Assembly (NCBI GenBank): GCA_016935835.1
Contig: JAFGQE010000003.1
Location: forward strand, 5,063-69,062
Direction: 5' to 3'
DNA: 64,000 nucleotides
DNA from: Clostridia bacterium
GTDB lineage: Bacteria; Bacillota; Clostridia; DUPQ01
The notes under the pieces were generated by a model. The model was not told the DNA's origin and made no database searches. It saw only the letters and a list, made by a program, of their open reading frames with translations. Made by a program: the position numbers and the translations under genes. Of this stretch, positions 46,191 through 55,820 are shown piece by piece (the first letter of the stretch is position 1; each line of letters starts with the position of its first letter).

Positions 46191-48290
46191 ATGAAGATAT
46201 TGAGGAAGATATTCACTAGGAACAATATCCTGGCGGGCCTGATAATCTTCGCGACGCTGGCATTGCTTGCCGCAAGTGCATACTTCAAGGTAATGCCCCT
46301 TGCCGCGGCTGTCGCCGAAGACGGGACGGCGCACAAGGACCTGTATGCCCCATATGATTTTTATGACAAGGCCGGAACCGAGGCGCTTGCTGAAAAGGCC
46401 GCGGAAGAAACAGATCCCGTACTGATAACGCGCCACGATACGACATTCTCCGCCTTCGAGGATCTTGCGTTGTTTTTTGATGATACCGATGGATTCAGGC
46501 TTGACATTGCGGCTTATCAGGGCGGGGACCGCAATGTATACCTTGACAATAAAATCAGCGCATACATAATCATGTGCGACAATAATAATATAAAGGCAAA
46601 ATACAATACGGCAAGGAAGATCCTTTCTTCAATAAGCAATTCCGAATATGCGAATTTTAAATCAGTGATAACCCAGAATTTTTCATCCATGCAGAACCGG
46701 GATGTATTCGATGAGAATCGCGCCATGCTGCTTGAGAAATTCAAGGAGGACACCAGGTACTCTATAATCGACCAGGACCTGAACGAGCTGGGCAACGGCA
46801 TTGCCGCGGCATTTCTGAGAACGAACAGCATCATAAATGTGGAGGAGACCGCCTTGTTGAGGGAGGCTGCAAGAAAGGATGTTCTTGAAAACAAACGGAT
46901 TTTCATCACGGAGGGAAGCCTTATCATTGCCAAGGGCGAAAAGGCGGACCAAGATACACTCCGTATAATCAATTCAATGGATTTATCAGGAGAAAAGGAC
47001 TTCAATCCCAGGCTCATTCTCGGAATCTCCGGATTGCTTTTGATAATGCTCGTCCCTGTCTTTATATTCAAAGCGCTTTTTTCCAATAAAAAGAAATATA
47101 CAAAGAGGCATATTCTAGTGGTGGGTGTTTTGGAAATCCTGCTCTTTTCATTTGTTTTTCTTATCCCGAACAGTTTCCGCCTGTATATTCCGGTATTTTT
47201 CCTGCCGATGCTCATTGCGATATTGGTTGATGAAAACATGGCTATCATCATCGGGGCCGTGACGGCGGTTTTTCTTGGATTCATATATAAAGCCGACTCG
47301 ACTTATCTGGCAATTCTGATTGGCAGCGGAACGCTGTCGGCGTATTTTGCGAAGAAGACCAGCGTCAGGATGCATCTTCTTGCCTCCGGCCTGGTGATCG
47401 GCATATCCGCGGCGGCGATATTGTTTCTTTCCACGCTGGCGGCTAACGGAAGCATTGCGGACATAGTCAATGACCTGGCCGCATTGCTGGCGAGCGGAAT
47501 GATTTCCGTCATACTGGTGCTTGGACTTCTGCCTTTGTTCGAAAGTGTTTTCAATATAGTGACGCCGTTCAAGCTGATGGAACTTGCGAATCCTGCGCGG
47601 CCATTGCTGAAAAGGCTCCTGATTGAGGCCCCGGGAACTTACCATCACAGCCTTATGGTCGGCAACCTGGCTGAGGAAGCGGCCAATGAGATAGGGGCGA
47701 ACGGGTTGCTTGCGAGGGTCGGGGCCTACTACCACGACATAGGGAAAATGAGCAAGCCGATGTTTTATAAGGAAAACCAGGGTTCCGAGGAAAATCCCCA
47801 TAACAGCATGAAGCCGGAGCTAAGCAAGCTGGTCATCACAAACCATACGAAGGAAGGCGACGAGATAGCCCGCAAGTACAAGCTGCCGCATGCAATACGC
47901 GACTTCATAATGGAACATCACGGAACGACGCAGGTAAAGTATTTCTACAACAAGGCGCTTGAACAAAACGGCGGGGAAGCAAATGCCGATGCATTCAGAT
48001 ATGACGGGCCCAAGCCAAGGACAAAGGAATCCGCTGTCGTTATGCTCGCAGACTCCGTCGAGGCGACAATAAGGTCGAGGGGTGACATCCCGAGGGATGA
48101 GGTAGAGGGAATCATCCGGAAATTGATCAAGGAAAAACTTGACGACGGGCAGTTCGACCTGTGTGACATAAGGCTGAAGGACTTCGACGACATTGCCAAC
48201 GCGTTCATGCGGGTTTTCAGCGGATATTTCCACAAGAGGATTGAATACCCGGAGCCTCTGGAAGGCGGGTCAAATGGCTTTGAAGGCTGA
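46191..48290 (+). CDS. pgpH: 7TM-receptor HD-GYP-like phosphohydrolase (PgpH/YqfF family, c-di-AMP phosphodiesterase candidate)
   Basis: N-terminal extracellular domain, 7 TM helices, C-terminal HD domain (HHSLMVGNLAEEAA...YYHDIGK). Confidence 0.82.
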   Translation: MKILRKIFTRNNILAGLIIFATLALLAASAYFKVMPLAAAVAEDGTAHKDLYAPYDFYDKAGTEALAEKAAEETDPVLITRHDTTFSAFEDLALFFDDTDGFRLDIAAYQGGDRNVYLDNKISAYIIMCDNNNIKAKYNTARKILSSISNSEYANFKSVITQNFSSMQNRDVFDENRAMLLEKFKEDTRYSIIDQDLNELGNGIAAAFLRTNSIINVEETALLREAARKDVLENKRIFITEGSLIIAKGEKADQDTLRIINSMDLSGEKDFNPRLILGISGLLLIMLVPVFIFKALFSNKKKYTKRHILVVGVLEILLFSFVFLIPNSFRLYIPVFFLPMLIAILVDENMAIIIGAVTAVFLGFIYKADSTYLAILIGSGTLSAYFAKKTSVRMHLLASGLVIGISAAAILFLSTLAANGSIADIVNDLAALLASGMISVILVLGLLPLFESVFNIVTPFKLMELANPARPLLKRLLIEAPGTYHHSLMVGNLAEEAANEIGANGLLARVGAYYHDIGKMSKPMFYKENQGSEENPHNSMKPELSKLVITNHTKEGDEIARKYKLPHAIRDFIMEHHGTTQVKYFYNKALEQNGGEANADAFRYDGPKPRTKESAVVMLADSVEATIRSRGDIPRDEVEGIIRKLIKEKLDDGQFDLCDIRLKDFDDIANAFMRVFSGYFHKRIEYPEPLEGGSNGFEG

Positions 48291-48756
48291 TATTTCATTC
48301 AGCGGAGGCATTGAAAAAAATGACTTTCTTATAAAGACGGCCGAGGAAGTTTCCGCGGGCTGCATAAGGGGCGGCAGACATGATTTTTCCGTTGCCGTCA
48401 CTATTACCGGCAATGCTGAAATAAAAAGGCTTAACAGGGAATTCAGAGGGATTGACAACGAAACGGATGTGCTTTCATTTCCATTGCTCGATGCAAGGAA
48501 CGGAAGGCTTTCATGGAACAGGGCTGACATGGATGATGAAACGGGCTGTATTATGCTTGGTGATGTCGTGGTCTCCATTGAAAAGGCAGCGGAACAGGCG
48601 GAGCTCTATGGGCACTCGCTCGAGAGGGAAGTGGCGTTTCTTGTATGCCACGGCATGCTTCATCTTCTTGGCTATGATCATGCCGGGAAAAGGGATGAGG
48701 CAAGAATGACAAAAAAGCAAAGCAAGGTGCTGGATAAGCTTGGATATAAAAGATAA
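48274..48756 (+). CDS. ybeY: rRNA maturation endoribonuclease YbeY
   Basis: HGMLHLLGYDH zinc-binding motif. ORF-track start trimmed to ATG 48274. Confidence 0.9.
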   Translation: MALKADISFSGGIEKNDFLIKTAEEVSAGCIRGGRHDFSVAVTITGNAEIKRLNREFRGIDNETDVLSFPLLDARNGRLSWNRADMDDETGCIMLGDVVVSIEKAAEQAELYGHSLEREVAFLVCHGMLHLLGYDHAGKRDEARMTKKQSKVLDKLGYKR

Positions 48757-48767
48757 GGAGACCGGAA

Positions 48768-49175
48768 ATGGAAGAACTTATTAAACTGGCTGAAGAGGCA
48801 TACGATAATTCATACTCGCCGTATTCAGGGGTAAGGATAGGCGCGGCTGCAAAAGGCGGCAGCGGCAGGATTTATACCGGGACCAATATAGAGAATTCAT
48901 CGTACGGGGCGACCATATGCGCCGAGAGATCGGCAATTGCAAAAGCGGTTTCCGAAGGGGAAAAGGTAATCACCGCGCTGGCGGTGACCGGCGACATTGA
49001 CGATTATGCATATCCATGCGGAATCTGCAGGCAGGTGATGAGCGAATTCATGGGCCCGGATGCCATGATCGGGGTTTCAGGCAAAGGCAAGGTAATGAAG
49101 GTATATAAACTGTCCGAGCTGTTGCCCAGCGCCTTTGAATATAATCGCGGAGGGAACAATAATAATGGCGTTTAA
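48768..49175 (+). CDS. cdd: Cytidine deaminase
   Basis: CAERSAI and PCGICRQ zinc-ligand motifs, 135 aa. Confidence 0.9.
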   Translation: MEELIKLAEEAYDNSYSPYSGVRIGAAAKGGSGRIYTGTNIENSSYGATICAERSAIAKAVSEGEKVITALAVTGDIDDYAYPCGICRQVMSEFMGPDAMIGVSGKGKVMKVYKLSELLPSAFEYNRGGNNNNGV

Positions 49176-50058
49176 ATCAGGCTTCATAGCTGTAGTCGGC
49201 AGGCCGAATGTGGGCAAGTCAACATTGATTAACAAGCTAACGGGGCAAAAAGTCTCGATAGTATCACCTAAACCGCAGACCACAAGGAATACTGTCAGGG
49301 CGATAATCACCGATGAGAACAGTCAGATAGTTCTCATTGATACGCCCGGGATACATACCCCTAGGAGTAAGCTCGGGGAGTTCATGGTGGGCAGGGCCAT
49401 GGAAGCCCTGGACGACGCCGACGGCATTATATATATGGCGGAGGCCCCTGACGGAAGCCCTGGCAAGACGGATCTGATGATTATCGAGAAACTCAGGGGA
49501 CTGAAGCCGCCGGTCGTGCTTGCGCTCAACAAATGCGACTCGACGGATGCCGCAAGGATCGCAGGGGCGATATCAAATTTCTCAAGGCAGATGGAGTTTC
49601 ACGATGTTGTCCCCATCAGCGCCCTGACAGGTGAGAATGTCGATGTGATTTTTGAGATAATCAGGGGCATGCTGCCGGAGGGCATAATGTATTTCGATCC
49701 CGGGGATTATACGGACCAGCCTGAGAGGGTTGTGGCGGCGGAATTCATAAGGGAAAAGATACTGTTGCTGCTTAGGGATGAGATACCGCACGGCACCGGT
49801 GTTGAAATCACGACATTCAAGGACCGCGAAGGGAAAAACATAATAGATATAGACGCAGTCATATATTGCGATAAGAAATCACACAAGGGAATGATAATCG
49901 GGAAAAACGGCGCCATGCTGAAAAAAATCGGAACAATGGCAAGGGAGGACCTTGAAAACCTGCTCGGTGCAAGGGTTTTTCTCCAGCTTTGGGTCCGGGT
50001 CAAGGAAGACTGGCGCAATAAGAATACAGTCCTGCGGGACCTGGGATACAACAAGTAA
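49165..50058 (+). CDS. era: GTPase Era
   Basis: G1 GRPNVGKST, G3 DTPG, G4 NKCD, C-terminal KH domain. Confidence 0.93.
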   Translation: MAFKSGFIAVVGRPNVGKSTLINKLTGQKVSIVSPKPQTTRNTVRAIITDENSQIVLIDTPGIHTPRSKLGEFMVGRAMEALDDADGIIYMAEAPDGSPGKTDLMIIEKLRGLKPPVVLALNKCDSTDAARIAGAISNFSRQMEFHDVVPISALTGENVDVIFEIIRGMLPEGIMYFDPGDYTDQPERVVAAEFIREKILLLLRDEIPHGTGVEITTFKDREGKNIIDIDAVIYCDKKSHKGMIIGKNGAMLKKIGTMAREDLENLLGARVFLQLWVRVKEDWRNKNTVLRDLGYNK

Positions 50059-50798
50059 TGGATTATGCCAAATTCAGGGGAATTGTCATAAGAAGCACGG
50101 ATTATGGCGAAGGCGACAGGCTTTTGACAATCCTTGCCTTTGAAAAGGGAATGCTTACAATCAGGGCGAAGGGTGTCCGCAGGAAAGGCGCAAAGCTTTC
50201 ACATTGCGCCCAATTGTTTTTTTGCGGTGATTTTGAATGTGTATCAGGCAAGGGAAGGTATGTACTCACCGGCGGAAGCAGGCTTTACGATTATACCGGC
50301 ATAGCGGACGACCTTGAAAAGTACTACCATGCGTGTCATTTCATTGAAATAGCGTCAGCGGTGATCATGGAGGACCAGCCCGACGACGACATGCTCAGGC
50401 TTCTTTTGAATACCATGCATGTCATGATAAGCTCCGGCATGGACCTGGATTTGCTCACAGCGATATATGAATTGCGAACGGCTGTCATCACCGGGTTTGC
50501 GCCGGTAACCGGAGAATGCGCGGTTTGCGGGAAAACGCAGGATGAGATGGTGTTTTCACCTGACAACGGAGGAATGGTCTGCTGTGTTCCGGGAATGCCC
50601 GTCGACAAGGAGACGGCAAAGGCAATCGCGCATATATCTTCCTGCGAAGACGGAAAGCTGTTTTCAATCAGACTTCCGAAAAAGCAAATTGCAGGGCTTA
50701 AAAAAATCGGGACCAAATACCTTGAATTTGTACTTGACAGAAAATTCGGCAAGCTTGAGGGCTTTGAAAGATATAACAACGGAGGTGGGTCCGGATGA
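50058..50798 (+). CDS. recO: DNA repair protein RecO
   Basis: N-terminal OB-fold (GIVIRSTDYGEGDRLLTIL), C-terminal Cys4 zinc motif (CAVCG...CCVPG). Conserved era-recO order. Confidence 0.85.
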   Translation: MDYAKFRGIVIRSTDYGEGDRLLTILAFEKGMLTIRAKGVRRKGAKLSHCAQLFFCGDFECVSGKGRYVLTGGSRLYDYTGIADDLEKYYHACHFIEIASAVIMEDQPDDDMLRLLLNTMHVMISSGMDLDLLTAIYELRTAVITGFAPVTGECAVCGKTQDEMVFSPDNGGMVCCVPGMPVDKETAKAIAHISSCEDGKLFSIRLPKKQIAGLKKIGTKYLEFVLDRKFGKLEGFERYNNGGGSG

Positions 50799-51784
50799 AA
50801 ATTGCTGTTTTGGCGAACAGTGTCAGGACCGGGCAGGTTTTTACGGACGGGCAGCTGGCTGAGATAGGAAGAATGGGCGAACTGCTCCGAAACGATGAAC
50901 CGGAAGGACCGGGCCTTGAAAAAGCGGCCATGCTTATAAAAGACGCAGCGATAGCCGTGACTTCATGGGATTGCCCCGTCCTTGACGAGGCGGTTCTGAA
51001 GGAAGCCCCGGGCCTGAAACTTGTTTTCCATGCGGCGGGCTCTGTAAAGGGAATAGTAAGCGAAGCCATATGGGACAGGGGGATCAGGGTCTCGTCAGCC
51101 GCGTCGGCGCTTGGCAGGGGCGTTGCCGAAACGGCCCTCGGGCTTACGATAACTTCATTGAAAAATGTGTGGAATCTTTCAAAGGTAACCGGATATGGAG
51201 GCTGGAACGGCTGCAATGATACAGTGAGGGAACTGTATGGCATCAATATCGGCATAATTGGGGCGGGGCATGCCGGCAGGCATTTCATAAGGCTTTTGAA
51301 AAATTTTGACGCAGGCATTTTGCTATACGACCCGACATTGGATGACGGGCAATGCGCTGCGCTGGGCGCGAAAAAAACCGGGCTGGAGGAATTGCTGGCC
51401 GACAGCGATGTCGTTTCAATCCATGCACCCTCGGTTCCCGCTACATACCATATGCTTAATTCGTCGAACCTTGGGCTGATGAAAGACAGGGCGATCCTGA
51501 TAAATACGGCCAGGGGCAGCCTGATCGATGAAACCGCATTGATTACCGAGCTGAAAAAAGGAAGGATATCAGCCTGCATAGATGTGACCGATCCGGAACC
51601 CCCGGATATTTCAAGCGAACTCAGGCAGCTTCCAAACGTCATCCTTACCCCTCACATATCAGGAAGCGTAAACAACGGCAAAAAACGCATAGGCCGTCTG
51701 GCGGTTGATGAAATATCATCATTTTTAGCCTGCGGCAAGCTGGGCTTTGAAATAAAAAGGGAAGATTTGCCGACACTTGCATGA
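50795..51784 (+). CDS. D-isomer-specific 2-hydroxyacid dehydrogenase family protein (phosphoglycerate/glycerate dehydrogenase-like)
   Basis: NAD-binding GIIGAGHAGRHF, and the catalytic R/E/H region (TARGSLID...TPHISG). Confidence 0.75.
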   Translation: MKIAVLANSVRTGQVFTDGQLAEIGRMGELLRNDEPEGPGLEKAAMLIKDAAIAVTSWDCPVLDEAVLKEAPGLKLVFHAAGSVKGIVSEAIWDRGIRVSSAASALGRGVAETALGLTITSLKNVWNLSKVTGYGGWNGCNDTVRELYGINIGIIGAGHAGRHFIRLLKNFDAGILLYDPTLDDGQCAALGAKKTGLEELLADSDVVSIHAPSVPATYHMLNSSNLGLMKDRAILINTARGSLIDETALITELKKGRISACIDVTDPEPPDISSELRQLPNVILTPHISGSVNNGKKRIGRLAVDEISSFLACGKLGFEIKREDLPTLA

Positions 51785-51899
51785 CGGACCGGTGATTAAG
51801 GGCGAATAACCAATATATGCGTTGGGCGCGGAAAACGGTGTTTATTGCGCGGCTGTATATGCTGCTATATAATATCTATGATTTGCAAGGAGGCAGTGC

Positions 51900-52439
51900 A
51901 TGTTGCTAAAAGGCGGGAACCTGTCGCTCGGCCCACTGAGAAAAGATGACCTTGATTTGCTGGCATCCTGGTATGAGGACGTTGATTTCCTGCGGTTCTA
52001 TGACTACCATGCCGCGGTTCCAAAGACAAGGGGGCAACTTGAAAAGATATATGAAAACGCTGATACCGACGGATTCATGGCATTTGCGGTCAGGAAAAAC
52101 GAAGACGGCAAGATGATCGGACTGGTTGAGATAGACGGCATTTCATATTCCAACGGATTCGCATGGGTGTCAGTCGGCTTTGGGGAGAAGACGGAAAGGG
52201 GCCGCGGATACGGGTTCGAGGCGATGAGCCTTGCCATCGAATTTGCGTTCTCGGAACTAAACCTTGACAGGCTTCAGCTTAACGTAATATCGTACAATAA
52301 TGCCGGCATAAGGCTCTACGAAAAACTCGGGTTTGTCAGGGAAGGGGTTTACAGGGAGGCCGTCCTCAGGGATGGAGGCCGGCACGATCTTTATCTGTAC
52401 GGTTTATTAAGAAGGGAATGGAAAAATGGGAACAGCTGA
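51900..52439 (+). CDS. GNAT-family N-acetyltransferase (RimL/spermidine-acetyltransferase-like)
   Basis: Acetyl-CoA binding region (GEKTERGRGYGFEAM). AGGAGG RBS. First gene of a six-gene overlapping operon. Confidence 0.72.
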   Translation: MLLKGGNLSLGPLRKDDLDLLASWYEDVDFLRFYDYHAAVPKTRGQLEKIYENADTDGFMAFAVRKNEDGKMIGLVEIDGISYSNGFAWVSVGFGEKTERGRGYGFEAMSLAIEFAFSELNLDRLQLNVISYNNAGIRLYEKLGFVREGVYREAVLRDGGRHDLYLYGLLRREWKNGNS

Positions 52440-53001
52440 ATATATCAGGAAATATATGGAAGAGCAGGCATCCGCGGTCATGAAGTCCCCGTTCGCCGAC
52501 ATAGAGAAATTCTGCGCCATGCTGCTTGACGCCCGCAAGGATGGCAAAAGAATATTCTTCGCAGGCAACGGAGGCAGCGCGGCGACCGCATCCCATTTTA
52601 CGAATGACTTGGTCAAGGGCCTTTCCCCGGGAAACGTAAAACGATTCAGGGCTTTTTCACTGGTGGACCAGGTGCCGGTGATTACGGCGCTGGCAAATGA
52701 TTACGATTATTCGGTGATATTTTCAGAACAACTGAAGAATTACGGTGAAAAGGACGACCTGCTCATTGTCATCAGCGGAAGCGGCAACAGCCCCAATGTT
52801 TTGAAGGCATGCGAAACAGCCGCTGAAATGGGAATCAAGACAATCTCAATGACCGGCCGGGACGGCGGCAGGCTCCGGGATCTTTGCGATCTTTCTGTAA
52901 TCGCGCCTGTACATGACATGGAAAGAATAGAAGACATCCATATGTTGTGGGAGCATTGCATAATCTGCGCTTTGCGTCAGGTCATCGATGGAGAGGTATA
53001 G
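52426..53001 (+). CDS. gmhA: SIS-domain sedoheptulose-7-phosphate isomerase (GmhA-like phosphoheptose isomerase)
   Basis: FFAGNGGSAATASHFTNDL matches the GmhA GNGGSAADAQHF motif. ~190 aa. Overlaps the GNAT stop by 14 nt. Confidence 0.7.
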   Translation: MGTAEYIRKYMEEQASAVMKSPFADIEKFCAMLLDARKDGKRIFFAGNGGSAATASHFTNDLVKGLSPGNVKRFRAFSLVDQVPVITALANDYDYSVIFSEQLKNYGEKDDLLIVISGSGNSPNVLKACETAAEMGIKTISMTGRDGGRLRDLCDLSVIAPVHDMERIEDIHMLWEHCIICALRQVIDGEV

Positions 53002-53003
53002 GG

Positions 53004-53807
53004 ATGGAGATAATCAACAAACTGGCTGCAACAGGCAAAATCCATTCTGTCGTATTTGACTTCGACGGCACCCTGAGCCTGATAAGGAAAGGCTGGCAGG
53101 AAATCATGACGCCATATTTCGCGGAGGTTCTTTCGGGAGCCCCGGGAGGCGGTTCATATCAGTCTGAATTCGAATGTGCAAGGGAGTTCATAGATTTGCT
53201 TACGGGCAAGCAGACCATCTACCAGTGCATCAAGCTTAATGAGGAAGTGACTGCCAGGGGAGGGGAATCCATCGACCCGATAAAATACAAAAATGAATAC
53301 CACAGGCGGCTTCTCGAAAAAATCGATTACCGCCGCAAGGGTCTTGCCGACGGCGGCATCAAGCCCGTGGAATATCTGGTGCCGGGGTCGGTTGAAATAG
53401 TTGAGATGCTGTCGGGCCGCGGCGTGGAAATATATCTGGCCAGCGGAACGGATGAGATGTACGTCCTGCAGGAAGCCGCCCTTCTAGGCCTTGACAAGTA
53501 TTTTAAAGGCAGGATTTACGGCGCCAGGGATGACTACAGGTTGTTTTCAAAGGCGATGGTAATCAGAAGGATCCTCGATGACAACGACCTCCACGGATCT
53601 ATGCTCGCGGGGTTCGGGGATGGGTATGTGGAGATTGAGAACATAAAGGAAGCCGGGGGAACGGCCATAGGGGTGGCTACGGATGAGGAAAAAATGGAAG
53701 GAATCGACGAATGGAAGCGCATCAGGCTCATCAAGGCCGGGGCCGATGCCATAATTCCCGATTTCAAGCAGCTTTTTGAAATAGAAAAATACTTGTTTGG
53801 AGGTTGA
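53004..53807 (+). CDS. HAD-superfamily phosphatase (DxDGT motif I), function unknown, in the operon with the GmhA-like and HldE-like genes
   Basis: VVFDFDGTLS motif I, later GDG...D motif IV. 268 aa is larger than classical GmhB. Confidence 0.65.
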   Translation: MEIINKLAATGKIHSVVFDFDGTLSLIRKGWQEIMTPYFAEVLSGAPGGGSYQSEFECAREFIDLLTGKQTIYQCIKLNEEVTARGGESIDPIKYKNEYHRRLLEKIDYRRKGLADGGIKPVEYLVPGSVEIVEMLSGRGVEIYLASGTDEMYVLQEAALLGLDKYFKGRIYGARDDYRLFSKAMVIRRILDDNDLHGSMLAGFGDGYVEIENIKEAGGTAIGVATDEEKMEGIDEWKRIRLIKAGADAIIPDFKQLFEIEKYLFGG

Positions 53808-53808
53808 T

Positions 53809-54774
53809 ATGCCTTTTGAGAAATTCGACAGGAGCAGGCTGGTCCTGAAAGATCTGAATGAAAGGGTGCACGACCTTGATATATCCATAATGCAGGATCC
53901 CTGGAAGGTCCCGCCGCATTTTGACAACGCAAACCTTGACGAAGTCGCAAAAAGGATAAAAATCGCAAAAAGCAGGAACGCAGCCGTGATTATGATGATG
54001 GGCGCCCATGTGATAAGGGCGGGTGCCGCGCCGTGGCTTATCAGGCTTATGGAAGAAGGTTATGTAACCCATTTCGCAATGAACGGAGCCGGAGCGATAC
54101 ATGACTTTGAATTTGCGATGATCGGGGCCACTACTGAAAGCGTCGCCAGATATATAAGCGAAGGGCAGTTCGGATTATGGAAACAGAGCGGGCTTATAAA
54201 TGATTTTATAAACCAGGGGGCCGCGGCCGGCCTCGGCCATGGTGAAATTCTTGGGATGGCAATCGAGGAAGCAAAATTCAAATACAGGGAATACAGCCTG
54301 CTCGCCGCCGGATACAGGAACAGGGTTCCCGTAACCGTTCATGTCGGGGTCGGCCTTGATTTCATCCACCAGCATCAAAATTGCGACGGCGCGATGCTCG
54401 GCAAGGCTTCCTACGAGGATTTTCTAATATATGCAAGGACGATTGAAAATCTCGAAAACGGTGTATTCCTGAACTTCGGATCCGCCGTCACAGGCCCGGA
54501 GGTTTATCTCAAGGCGCTGTCAATGGCAAGGAACGTTGCACATTCGCAGGGGAGGAAAATAACTGACTTCACCACGGCGGTATTCGACCTCCTTCCGCTT
54601 GGAGACGATACGGGCGAAGCTCCGTGCAAGTCCGATCCCAGATACTATTTCCGGCCCTGGAAGACAATCCTTTCAAGAACGGTCGCGGACGGCGGCCGGG
54701 GTTTTTATATACAAGGGGACCATAAGGATACGGTTGCCGGCCTGGCATTCAGGCTTCTTGACGGAGAGAAATAA
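53809..54774 (+). CDS. Deoxyhypusine-synthase-like (DHS/homospermidine-synthase superfamily) protein, tentative
   Basis: My own comparison to the remembered human DHS sequence: VTHFAMNGAGAIHDFEFA resembles VTTAGGVEEDLIKC, and HVGVGLDFIHQH resembles ILGGGVVKHHIANA. Size ~320 aa. ATG at 53809 after GGAGG. Weak assignment. Confidence 0.35.
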   Translation: MPFEKFDRSRLVLKDLNERVHDLDISIMQDPWKVPPHFDNANLDEVAKRIKIAKSRNAAVIMMMGAHVIRAGAAPWLIRLMEEGYVTHFAMNGAGAIHDFEFAMIGATTESVARYISEGQFGLWKQSGLINDFINQGAAAGLGHGEILGMAIEEAKFKYREYSLLAAGYRNRVPVTVHVGVGLDFIHQHQNCDGAMLGKASYEDFLIYARTIENLENGVFLNFGSAVTGPEVYLKALSMARNVAHSQGRKITDFTTAVFDLLPLGDDTGEAPCKSDPRYYFRPWKTILSRTVADGGRGFYIQGDHKDTVAGLAFRLLDGEK

Positions 54775-55820
54775 TGGAAAGAAAACGCATTGTAGAAATT
54801 TTCAGCAGATTCAGGGATTTGAAGATAGCCGTCATCGGTGATTTTGTGCTGGACAAGTACCTTGTCATTGACACAAGGCTCAGCGAACCGTCGTTGGAAA
54901 CACCCCACATGGCGTATCAGGTTGTCGCAAGCCGGCAATATCCCGGGGCCAGCGGCACAATCACCAATAATCTTGCTGCGCTCGGGGCGGGCGGGGTATA
55001 TGCCGTGACATTCATAGGAAACGACGGAACCGGATTCGAACTGAAAAGGGAGCTCCGGGCGCGCGGGATAAAATTCGATTACATAACGGAAACCGATGAG
55101 ATGATAACCCCCTCATATGTCAAACCCATGATGTGGGAGGGCGGCCGGGAGGAAGAAAGCAACCGGCTGGACATCAAGAACTTCAGGAATACCCCGGAAA
55201 GGCTTGAGAATGCAATCCTGTCCAGGCTCGATGATGTATTTGAAAAAGCGGACGCCGTCATAATACTGGACCAGATGGTGGAAAGCAACTGCGGGGTCAT
55301 AACCGGCAAAGTCAGGGAAAGGCTCATAGAACTCGGAAGCAGGCGTTCAAAAAAGATAATATACGCGGATTCGCGGTCAAAGATACATATGTTCAGGAAT
55401 ATGTCCGTAAAATGCAATAATTTCGAAGCCTGCCGGGCCTTTTATCCGGATCTGAATGGCGAGCCTGAAATGGACATGGTGCTGGAATGCGGAAACCGCC
55501 TCTTCAGGCAAAACGGGAAGCCGGTCTTCGTTACCATGGGAAAAAACGGCATAATGACCTTTGGAGAGAAGGGAACGATAGTAGTCCCGACAGAGGATGT
55601 ACCGGGTCCATACGACATTTGCGGGGCGGGTGATTCGGTAAGCGCCGCCGTGGTCAGTTCGCTTGCCGCCGGCGCCGACGAGGTCGAGGCTGCATTCATA
55701 GGAAATATGGCTGCCGCCGTGACGATCAGGAAGCTCGGTGTCACGGGAACGGCGTCACTTGAAGAAGTTCTGGATACATACGACGGATGGTTCAGGAGGA
55801 CGGCGCCATGGCAAAGATAG
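54774..55820 (+). CDS. PfkB-family sugar kinase resembling HldE domain I (D-glycero-D-manno-heptose-7-phosphate kinase) without the adenylyltransferase domain
   Basis: N-terminal KIAVIGDFVLDKY resembles the E. coli HldE VVGDVMLDRYW motif. PfkB motif 2 region GAGDSVSAAVV. No domain II follows. Confidence 0.65.
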   Translation: MERKRIVEIFSRFRDLKIAVIGDFVLDKYLVIDTRLSEPSLETPHMAYQVVASRQYPGASGTITNNLAALGAGGVYAVTFIGNDGTGFELKRELRARGIKFDYITETDEMITPSYVKPMMWEGGREEESNRLDIKNFRNTPERLENAILSRLDDVFEKADAVIILDQMVESNCGVITGKVRERLIELGSRRSKKIIYADSRSKIHMFRNMSVKCNNFEACRAFYPDLNGEPEMDMVLECGNRLFRQNGKPVFVTMGKNGIMTFGEKGTIVVPTEDVPGPYDICGAGDSVSAAVVSSLAAGADEVEAAFIGNMAAAVTIRKLGVTGTASLEEVLDTYDGWFRRTAPWQR

